This document shows, in pieces, positions 57,156 through 64,000 of a DNA stretch of 64,000 bases. Every line of letters begins with the position of its first letter. Positions within the stretch are counted from its first letter, which is position 1. The stretch is from Candidatus Pacearchaeota archaeon (GTDB lineage: Archaea; Nanobdellota; Nanobdellia; Pacearchaeales; GW2011-AR1): positions 24,880-88,879 of the forward strand of contig JAFCDZ010000001.1 of assembly GCA_017609405.1 (NCBI GenBank), read 5' to 3'. A program made the position numbers and the translations under genes. The notes below the pieces were generated by a model. That model did no database searches, was not told where the DNA came from, and saw only the letters and a list, made by a program, of their open reading frames with translations.

Positions 57156-57246
57156 AAAACAAAATATTTATAAACCATAATTTGTGCATAAGAATAGCCA
57201 AACAGCCAAGAGCTGTTCTAACATCGCAAGATGTGGCTAAATTAAT

Positions 57247-57672
57247 ATGGCAAACGCAGTATATGATATGAATCCATTTGAATTCAACTTAAAATTAGCA
57301 GAAGCTCTCAAAAAAATACCTGAAATATCTGCACCAGAATGGGTAAAGTATGTTAAATCAAGTTCAGGAAAAGAAAGACCTATTGATGACCCAGACTTTT
57401 GGTATAAAAGAACAGCAAGCATATTAAAACAAATTTATAGAAAAGGTATTCTTGGTGTAAATAGATTAAGAACAAGGTATGGAAGCAAAAAAAATAGAGG
57501 AGCAAAACCTGAAGAATTTAGAAAAGCTTCTGGAAAAATAATAAGAACAATATTGCAACAAACAGATGAAGCAGGACTAACAGAGAAAGTTGAACCTCAA
57601 AAAGGCTCAAAACAAAGAAGCGGTAGAAAACTCACTGAAAAAGGAAAAAAACTATTGGAGGGGCTAAAATAA
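57247..57672 (+). CDS. rps19e: Ribosomal protein S19e
   Basis: PEWVKYVKSSSGKERPIDDPDFWYKRTASILKQIYRKGILGVNRLRTRYGSKKNRGAKP, a classic S19e. 141 aa. Confidence 0.9.
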   Translation: MANAVYDMNPFEFNLKLAEALKKIPEISAPEWVKYVKSSSGKERPIDDPDFWYKRTASILKQIYRKGILGVNRLRTRYGSKKNRGAKPEEFRKASGKIIRTILQQTDEAGLTEKVEPQKGSKQRSGRKLTEKGKKLLEGLK

Positions 57673-57673
57673 A

Positions 57674-57877
57674 ATGGGTGTAAAAGATCCTCAAAAAAAA
57701 GCAACCCTTGCAAAACAAAATAGAAGAACTAAGTGGGCTCCTGTATGGGCAATATTAAAAAGATTTGGAAAAGGAAAAAGAATCCATCCAATAAACATAA
57801 CAAGAATTAAGAGGTCTTGGAGAAGACACAAACTTCATATTAAACCAAGAAAAATAAGAAAATCACACCTAGGATAA
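57674..57877 (+). CDS. rpl39e: Ribosomal protein L39e
   Basis: KKATLAKQNRRTKWAPVWAILK matches the L39e core (LAKA.KQNR..P.WV). Confidence 0.8.
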   Translation: MGVKDPQKKATLAKQNRRTKWAPVWAILKRFGKGKRIHPINITRIKRSWRRHKLHIKPRKIRKSHLG

Positions 57878-57878
57878 A

Positions 57879-58424
57879 ATGGCTGAAAAAACAGAAACAC
57901 AAAAAATTGAAAGAGAATACATAATCCCTCTAAGAAAAGAATGGGCAAAAGTACCAAGATACAAAAGAGCAAAAAAAGCAATAAAAGCAATAAGAAAATT
58001 TTTAGTCAGGCACATGAAGATTTATGATAGAGACCTTAAAAAAATTAAAATAGATAAATACCTCAATGAAGAAATCTGGTTCAGAGGAATAAAAAAACCC
58101 CCTGCAAAAATAAAAATAAAGGCAATAAAAGAAGGGGAAATTGTAAAAGCTGAATTAGCAGAAATGCCAAAAGAATTAGAATTCAAAAAGAAAAAAGAAG
58201 AAAAATTAAAACAAAAGGTTGGAAAAGTCATTGAAAAGAGAAAAGAAGAAAGAAAAGAGGAAAAAGAAGATAAAGAAGTAGAAGAGAAAAAAGAAGCATC
58301 AAAGGATTTAGAAATGAAACTTGAAAAAGAGATTTCAAAACAAGAAAAACAAATAAAACAACAACAATCAAAAGCATTAAAAAGCAAAGCACAAGTTAAA
58401 CAAAGAAAAGCTCTTGAAAAATAA
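57879..58424 (+). CDS. rpl31e: Ribosomal protein L31e with a long Lys/Glu-rich C-terminal extension
   Basis: REYIIPLRKEWAKVPRYKRAKKAIKAIRKFLVRHMK is the L31e core (~90 aa), followed by ~90 aa of KE-rich low-complexity tail. Confidence 0.8.
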   Translation: MAEKTETQKIEREYIIPLRKEWAKVPRYKRAKKAIKAIRKFLVRHMKIYDRDLKKIKIDKYLNEEIWFRGIKKPPAKIKIKAIKEGEIVKAELAEMPKELEFKKKKEEKLKQKVGKVIEKRKEERKEEKEDKEVEEKKEASKDLEMKLEKEISKQEKQIKQQQSKALKSKAQVKQRKALEK

Positions 58425-58463
58425 CACAATAAACTTTAAAAAGGTTTAATTCGAGGTTATAAC

Positions 58464-58697
58464 ATGGCAAATAAAATTGAGCGTCCTTTGGATTTGCTAA
58501 ACAATTCAAAAGGAAAAGAAGTGATAGTAAGTCTTAAAGGAGGAAAACAGCTTGTTGGAACACTCCTTGCTTTTGATATTCATATAAACCTTGTTTTAGA
58601 CAATGCAAAAGAATTAGAAAACGGGGAAAATAAAAGAAACCTCGGGATTGTTTTCTTAAGAGGAGACACAATAATTTTTATCTCTCCTGCTGCTTAA
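58464..58697 (+). CDS. Sm-like (LSm) archaeal protein
   Basis: Sm1/Sm2 motifs: KEVIVSLKGGKQLVGTLLAFDIHINLVLDNAKE...GIVFLRGDTIIFIS. 77 aa. Confidence 0.85.
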   Translation: MANKIERPLDLLNNSKGKEVIVSLKGGKQLVGTLLAFDIHINLVLDNAKELENGENKRNLGIVFLRGDTIIFISPAA

Positions 58698-59538
58698 TTG
58701 GTTGAAGAACAAATTTTGGTTTTGCAAAAATTTCTTCATTGAGAACTTCATAGATTCCAATAAATTTATTTTTATAAAAAGCACAGATTAATTCTCCTTT
58801 TGAAAGCACTGGTTTTTTCTCAATATCTTTCTCAAAAATTGGCTTCCCTGTGAGTAATCTATCTACTTCTTTTTTCTTAATCTCAATTTTTTTGAACCTC
58901 TTCTTAATTATTTCTTCAGCAGGAATTATTATTTTTCTAATTTCATAATCATTTCCTTTTTCCAATTCCTCAACAGCCCTATCAAACTCATATAAATTAA
59001 CAAAGTTTTTATCATTTTCACTAAAAAGACCTGCCCTTGTTCTTCTTAATTCAAGCATATGAGCTCCAATTCCAATCTCTTTTCCTAAGTCATCAATTAA
59101 TTTTCTTATATATGTTCCTCCCTCGCATTTAACCTTAAACAAAATGTCTTTTCCGTCTTTTTCCAAAAGTTCAAAAGAATAAATCTCCCTCTCTCTTTCA
59201 ACTCTCTTTACTCTTGACTTCACTGGAGGAATTTGTTTTATTTTTCCGATGAATTTTTTATTAATAACCTTTTTTATCTTTTCAATTTCAATATCTTTAT
59301 GTATTCTCATTACACCAACATATTCTTTATCCTCTCCTAAGAAAAATCCCGTTAATTTACAAGCACGATTTAAAGCTATTGGTAGAACACCTGTTACCTT
59401 TGGGTCAAGAGTCCCAAAATGAGATGTTTTCCTAAGTTTAAGCTTTTTTCTAACATAATCTGAAATATCAAAACTTGTCGGACCAGAAGGCTTGTCAATG
59501 TTCAATATCCCAAACTCAAGAAGCTCACGAATTTCCAT
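58678..59538 (-). CDS. cbf5: H/ACA RNP pseudouridine synthase Cbf5 (TruB family) with PUA domain
   Basis: LNIDKPSGPTSFDISDYVRKKLKLRKTSHFGTLDPKVTGVLPIAL (TruB catalytic Asp motif). 286 aa. Confidence 0.9.
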   Translation of the reverse strand: MEIRELLEFGILNIDKPSGPTSFDISDYVRKKLKLRKTSHFGTLDPKVTGVLPIALNRACKLTGFFLGEDKEYVGVMRIHKDIEIEKIKKVINKKFIGKIKQIPPVKSRVKRVEREREIYSFELLEKDGKDILFKVKCEGGTYIRKLIDDLGKEIGIGAHMLELRRTRAGLFSENDKNFVNLYEFDRAVEELEKGNDYEIRKIIIPAEEIIKKRFKKIEIKKKEVDRLLTGKPIFEKDIEKKPVLSKGELICAFYKNKFIGIYEVLNEEIFAKPKFVLQPIKQQER

Positions 59539-59792
59539 AAAAAATTATAACATTCCTAATTTAAAAGTTTATAGAAATTTGAATATATTAAGGAGTTTCA
59601 ATCAAGAATAATAAATTACAAAGGAGTTTTAAAAGGGATTAATAAAAAAGAACAGTATAAGAAATGCTTTTTGTACTTGCTCAGTTGAACACTGTTCTAA
59701 AATAATTTCAATTAACCCCTGAAGAAAGAATATCAAGGGTGAAGAAATTCGAAAATAGAAAGGTATTTAAATAAAACTTCAAAAATTGATAT

Positions 59793-60164
59793 ATGGTAAC
59801 AAGAACTGGAAGAAAGATAACTGGTGGAAGATACAAAAAAAGCAGGAAAAAGAAAGCCTATGAAAGACAAGGGCAAAGAAGAATTGTAAAAGTAAGAGAC
59901 AAAGAAAAAAGAAAAAACCTTCGTGCAAGAGGAGGAAACATAAAAACAGTTTTATATTCTGCAAAATATGTTAATGTAGTTGATGAAAAAAAAGCAATAA
60001 AATTAGAAATAAAAAGGGTTCTTGAAACACCTTCAAACAGATTCCTCGCAAGACAAGGGATTATAACAAAAGGAGCAATCATTGAAACTGAAAAAGGAAA
60101 AGTAAAAATAACCAATAGACCAAGTCAAGAAGGTATTGTAAATGGGATTTTTATAAAAGAATAA
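59793..60164 (+). CDS. rps8e: Ribosomal protein S8e
   Basis: RTGRKITGGRYKKSRKKKAYERQG...NVVDEKKAIKLEIKRVLETPSNRFLARQGIITKGAIIETEKGK. 123 aa. Confidence 0.85.
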   Translation: MVTRTGRKITGGRYKKSRKKKAYERQGQRRIVKVRDKEKRKNLRARGGNIKTVLYSAKYVNVVDEKKAIKLEIKRVLETPSNRFLARQGIITKGAIIETEKGKVKITNRPSQEGIVNGIFIKE

Positions 60165-60196
60165 TCTTATAGAATTTGTCAGAGTTCTATTAATCT

Positions 60197-60243
60197 AAAC
60201 CAAAGGTTCGAATCAGAATTAATAATGCGGGAGACAGGATTCG
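60197..60243 (-). repeat. 47-nt direct copy of the tRNA-Leu 3' terminus (18 nt) plus its 3' trailer (about 29 nt), about 152 nt from the original
   Basis: aaaccaaaggttcgaatcagaattaataatgcgggagacaggattcg compared with 60349-60397 (one extra c and one extra g in the original), followed by gggcctca. Confidence 0.85.
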
Positions 60244-60379
60244 GGCCTCATGGCGATTTCTTAAATCGACATTGACAAAATCTTTGATTTTAGTCTTGTT
60301 ATAAACATTCGACCTGATACGCTTACTCACTTCGTTTGTAATCATATCAAACCCAAAGGGTTCGAATCAGAATTAATAA

Positions 60380-60463
60380 TGCGGGAGACAGGATTCGAAC
60401 CTGCGCAGGCACTAAGCCACAGGATCTTAAGTCCTGCCCGTTTGACCGCTCCGGCACTCCCGC
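60380..60463 (-). tRNA. tRNA-Leu (anticodon TAA), long variable arm, CCA not encoded
   Basis: Reverse complement GCGGGAGTGCCGGAGCGGTCAAACGGGCAGGACTTAAGATCCTGTGGCTTAGTGCCTGCGCAGGTTCGAATCCTGTCTCCCGCA. Anticodon stem CAGGA/TCCTG, loop CTTAAGA, class II variable arm, T loop TTCGAAT. Confidence 0.75.
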
Positions 60464-60499
60464 CTAATAAAAAAAAGAGAAGAAGACAATATAAAAACT

Positions 60500-61453
60500 T
60501 TATGAATTAGATTTTTTCTTCTTTTTTAACTCAGATTCTTTTTCATGAACTTTTTCCTCAAGCTTAAGTTTTTCAATTAATTCTTTATATCTGTTTCTTA
60601 TTGTAACTTCTGTTATTCCTGCAACATCTGCAACCTCTCTCTGCGTCTTTTTCTCATCATTCATCAATGCAGCAACATATAAAGCAGCAGCTGCAATTCC
60701 TGCAGGACCTCTTCCAGAAGTTAGCTCAGAACCAACAGCTTCGTCAAGAATTTTAATTGCTTCATTTTGAGTTTTTGGAGAAAGATTTAAAACAGAAGAA
60801 AATCTCAAGATATAATCTTTTGGTGAGCTTTGTTTAACCTTAATTCCCAATTTTCTTACTATAAATCTGTATGTCCTTCCAATCTCTTTTCTCTCAACAT
60901 TTGAAGCAGTTGCCATCTCATCCAAAGTTCTTGGGATATTATATGAACGACAAGCAGCATATAAACATGCAGCAATAACTGATTCCATACTCCTTCCCCT
61001 AACCAAACCTCTTTGAAGAACATAATTGTAAATTCTTGCTGCCTCATCTCTTATAACATTTGGAAGATGAAGATAAGAAGCAATAACCCTTAATTCAGCC
61101 ATAGCAAGCCTAAGATTTCTCTCAATAGATGTAGAAACCCTTTCTTGCCACTTTTTTAATCTTAAGAATTTTCTTGTCTGAGAAGGGTCTAATTTATAAA
61201 TATCTGATATTTCTCCAACATTTGTTGTCAAACCCCCATCAAATTTCTGCATAGAAATTGGTGCTCCACCCCTGCTTGTTTTTTCTGTTTTATCAAATTT
61301 TCCTCCAGCATCACGCCCCTCATCAACCATACTCTCTTCAACAACAAGACCGCAATCATTACAGATTATCTCTCCTTTTTGAGGATCATAAGTTAAATTA
61401 ACACTTCCACACTCAGGACATTTTTTTATTGCGTGCATTTTAGAACTTAACAA
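60500..61453 (-). CDS. tfb: Transcription initiation factor IIB (TFB)
   Basis: N-terminal zinc ribbon CPECGSVNLTYDPQKGEIICNDCGLV followed by two cyclin-like repeats. 317 aa. Confidence 0.9.
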   Translation of the reverse strand: MLSSKMHAIKKCPECGSVNLTYDPQKGEIICNDCGLVVEESMVDEGRDAGGKFDKTEKTSRGGAPISMQKFDGGLTTNVGEISDIYKLDPSQTRKFLRLKKWQERVSTSIERNLRLAMAELRVIASYLHLPNVIRDEAARIYNYVLQRGLVRGRSMESVIAACLYAACRSYNIPRTLDEMATASNVERKEIGRTYRFIVRKLGIKVKQSSPKDYILRFSSVLNLSPKTQNEAIKILDEAVGSELTSGRGPAGIAAAALYVAALMNDEKKTQREVADVAGITEVTIRNRYKELIEKLKLEEKVHEKESELKKKKKSNS

Positions 61454-61574
61454 TAGTAAAATTTAAAAAGGATAACCCTTTTTAAAGCTTTCGGTTTATA
61501 ATTAAATAAAAGTAACCACTATACAATAACTACAAAACCAAAAGATTTATAAACCCTAAAATCTTAAGAAAACC

Positions 61575-62309
61575 ATGACAAAAACACTCACAGATAAATT
61601 AAAACAAGGAGCAAGAAGCGCTATTGCTGGAGCATCACTTGCAGCAATTGCTTTAGGAATTGGCTCAGGATGTAGTTCAACAAGATACCCAGTAGTAAGA
61701 ATTGGGAAAACAGATTATTCAGATTTTGGAGATGGGTATCTCTTTCATTCAAAAACTACTACTGAGAAGAAGAAGGGAGAACAAACTATTAAAACAAAAA
61801 AAGAATACCTTCTCTTAACTCCTGCTATTGATAAAAACCACCAGAGAGGTGGAGACCCAATTATTGATAGAGTTTATCTTAATCCTAATGAGATTTATGC
61901 GAGATTAAATGAGGAGGGTTTAGAAAAAGTTGCAGAAGCAACAGAAAAAGGAAAAGAAGTTGAATTAGACGAAAATGATTTCAGATTTAGCCCTTGGGAG
62001 TATGTAACAATAGGTAACAAAGAGTATGTTTATTTCAGAACAGACTTAAATAATGTAGAAGGTGTAGACCCATATAATTCATCAACCCCAAGAAAATTAT
62101 CAGTTAATGAAGACATGAAGAAGGGTGAATATTCACTAATTTTACCAAAAAGAAATCTCAGAGTTATATATAATCCTTCTGAAAACAATTTCTCAGTAAA
62201 ATATCCAAATGGTGGAAGAGTAATAATAGAAACAGAAGAGCCGAGATTAAAAAGCACTGATGTTATAAGGGCTGAAGCATTAAGCCCAGAAAAAGAAGAA
62301 GAGAAATAA
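61575..62309 (+). CDS. Secreted/lipoprotein-like hypothetical protein
   Basis: Signal-like N-terminus ending in a lipobox-like GSGCSS. 244 aa. Confidence 0.4.
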   Translation: MTKTLTDKLKQGARSAIAGASLAAIALGIGSGCSSTRYPVVRIGKTDYSDFGDGYLFHSKTTTEKKKGEQTIKTKKEYLLLTPAIDKNHQRGGDPIIDRVYLNPNEIYARLNEEGLEKVAEATEKGKEVELDENDFRFSPWEYVTIGNKEYVYFRTDLNNVEGVDPYNSSTPRKLSVNEDMKKGEYSLILPKRNLRVIYNPSENNFSVKYPNGGRVIIETEEPRLKSTDVIRAEALSPEKEEEK

Positions 62310-62351
62310 AAGAAACAAGATTTAGGTAAGTCTTCTGATGAAATAGATATC

Positions 62352-63956
62352 TTAAGAAGAAGTTCTAATAATTCTTACTGGTCTCTTCATCTCCTCAAAG
62401 TATTCTTTTTCAGCAAGAGCTTTTAATAAGCGAGCCTTAAGAAGGATTAATTTAGCTTTCTGCCAATTATAGAAAACTTGTTTGCTGTCTAACATATATT
62501 GATTAACATCTATTTTACTAATTAATTTATTTATATCATCAGTTTTCTTACTTTTAATTGCATCAGAAGCTTGTTTCACAAATTTTCTAAAACCATCTAT
62601 TGTAACATAATTTTCACCCTGAAGATATTCCTGAGTCTTAGATAAAACAATATTATCTCCTAATTTAGATGAAAAAGCATCTTTTACACTTTGTGTATCC
62701 AACCAGCATCTTATTTTTTCATCTCCGCAATAACCAACATCAACCCATCTTTGATTGTTTTCTCCACCAGGATTATTTGTTGCGCATATTCTTATGATTC
62801 CTCTCTGATTAATATTTGGATTAATTAATTCCTGAGCACCCTCTTCTAAATTTGGTGAAGCAAGAGCAAGAAGAGAGGCAGAGCCAAATTTACATTCTTT
62901 CTCTGTTGTAACTTTTTTAGAAATCTGTTGCTCAAGATATTTATCTTTAATATAATTAACTGCTAAAGATGTGGAAACCTGCTTAAATCCGCATTTCTCA
63001 TCATTATCAACCATTACACAAAGCTCTCTATAACCTGAAGGAGCAGTGAAATCTTTTTTGTTTGAAACATACTGGCCAATAGGTATATATCCTGTATCAA
63101 CAATTCTTGTATAAGTATCACTATAAACAGAAGTTCCAACAGGATTTTTCAAATAAACTTTATAATAAACTCCATGGTCTTTTCCAGCATAAATGTGATA
63201 AAACACACTATACTGAGATACTGGAGGAATTGTAGCAGTTGTAAATGGAATTTCATCAAACCTTGCATGGAATTGCGGAGGAGACCTTGCTTCCTTCAAA
63301 GCAGTAAGAGCTTTTAATTCTGGGAATGAAGCTGACATACTTCTCCTACAAAAATCAGAGCCAACCTCTTCAGTTGACTTTAATTTAAATGCTCTTAAAT
63401 TAGCAGAAGCATATTGAGTAGTAAAATAATTCAAAGATTTTTTTGCATTTTCCCAAGCAGCTGTAAATCCTTCATACTCTCCACCACCCCGCCCCTTAAA
63501 CCCTCTAAGAACATATTCAATCATATTTGGTAAAAGAGAATCAACCATTGGAGCAACCTGCCTCCAAAAAAACTCACAAGTATAAATACTGTGCAATTCA
63601 TCGCAAATACCAACAACTCTTCCGCTCTTTAAATTCTCGCTCAAGCAATCCCTATAAGACCTCAAAATAGAAATATAACCATCCATTCCTGCCTTAATAC
63701 CGCTAAGACAAACAGGAATTAAAACACCTCCATTAGAAGGGCTTCCAAAATTAGGCAAGCATAAAACAGTGCTTCCTATTATACCTGATTGAATAACATC
63801 GCTCACTGGAAAAAGACCACCAAAGTCGCATCTACTTGATGGACAGATAACAGGGTCGCAAACATTAAACAATAAAACACAGCTTCTTGGAGACATAAAA
63901 TCATAGCATTTAGTCATTGGAATATCTGCTGCAAAATCACCAACCTTAACAGGCAT
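62352..63956 (-). CDS. Large Cys-rich hypothetical protein, atypical composition
   Basis: 534 aa. Many Cys, Gly and Ser, low Lys, unlike the rest of the window. No recognisable motif. Confidence 0.4.
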   Translation of the reverse strand: MPVKVGDFAADIPMTKCYDFMSPRSCVLLFNVCDPVICPSSRCDFGGLFPVSDVIQSGIIGSTVLCLPNFGSPSNGGVLIPVCLSGIKAGMDGYISILRSYRDCLSENLKSGRVVGICDELHSIYTCEFFWRQVAPMVDSLLPNMIEYVLRGFKGRGGGEYEGFTAAWENAKKSLNYFTTQYASANLRAFKLKSTEEVGSDFCRRSMSASFPELKALTALKEARSPPQFHARFDEIPFTTATIPPVSQYSVFYHIYAGKDHGVYYKVYLKNPVGTSVYSDTYTRIVDTGYIPIGQYVSNKKDFTAPSGYRELCVMVDNDEKCGFKQVSTSLAVNYIKDKYLEQQISKKVTTEKECKFGSASLLALASPNLEEGAQELINPNINQRGIIRICATNNPGGENNQRWVDVGYCGDEKIRCWLDTQSVKDAFSSKLGDNIVLSKTQEYLQGENYVTIDGFRKFVKQASDAIKSKKTDDINKLISKIDVNQYMLDSKQVFYNWQKAKLILLKARLLKALAEKEYFEEMKRPVRIIRTSS

Positions 63957-64000
63957 TCCTAAAATTGTTATAAACCTTCCCTTAGAAGTTCTTTTTCTCT

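Noticed and set aside
59539-59792. Possible H/ACA or C/D sRNA between cbf5 and rps8e (inverted repeat gaacagt ... actgttc)
   Set aside because: No recognisable C/D boxes (UGAUGA/CUGA pairs) or ACA/K-turn arrangement. It may be just the divergent promoters.
1-64000. rRNA genes, transposases or integrases anywhere in the window
   Set aside because: No GC-rich rRNA-like block and no DDE or tyrosine-recombinase motifs were found while reading the six-frame track and intergenic regions.

Overview
This window is AT-rich (roughly 30% GC by eye), gene-dense and archaeal. It encodes TFB, a family-B DNA polymerase, FEN-1, archaeal-type ProRS, ribosomal proteins S19e/L39e/L31e/S8e, an LSm protein, Cbf5, AglB/STT3, deoxyhypusine synthase, GatD and three tRNA genes without encoded CCA. 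Gene sizes and content fit a small-genome (DPANN-like) archaeon; that is an inference. Main blocks, in order: (1) a 14-kb N-glycosylation island, 1-14101: AglB, several GT4 glycosyltransferases, GT13-like and GT17-like enzymes, a sulfotransferase-like protein, a SAM methyltransferase, AsnB, a GT26 enzyme, and a Wzx-like flippase fused to a DUF457-like N-terminal domain; (2) TatD, tRNA-Trp, a HEPN-like/HTH-MNT pair, an ABC exporter and a PIN-containing three-gene operon; (3) a dNTP-metabolism operon: nrdR, class III nrdD carrying a LAGLIDADG intein, a separately encoded 55-aa glycyl-radical ORF, nrdG and dut, followed by a HerA/DUF87-like ATPase; (4) housekeeping genes: Trm5/Taw2, FEN-1, tRNA-Arg, GatB, Nop2/Sun, Nudix, NAPRTase-like, PolB, ProRS, a DHH phosphoesterase, a PLP decarboxylase with DHS, YrdC/Sua5 and GatD; (5) a ribosomal/RNP cluster: S19e, L39e, L31e, LSm, Cbf5, S8e, tRNA-Leu, TFB. 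The most unusual signal is that each of the three tRNA genes is followed by a short spacer and a direct copy of its own 3' end, and the spacers share motifs, which points to a family of miniature tRNA-3'-end-associated elements. Two gene 3' termini are also tandemly duplicated, there are two HEPN-like/MNT pairs with an R-x4-Y-Y motif in place of the canonical His, and several ORFs have atypical composition. I found no rRNA, CRISPR array, integrase or transposase.
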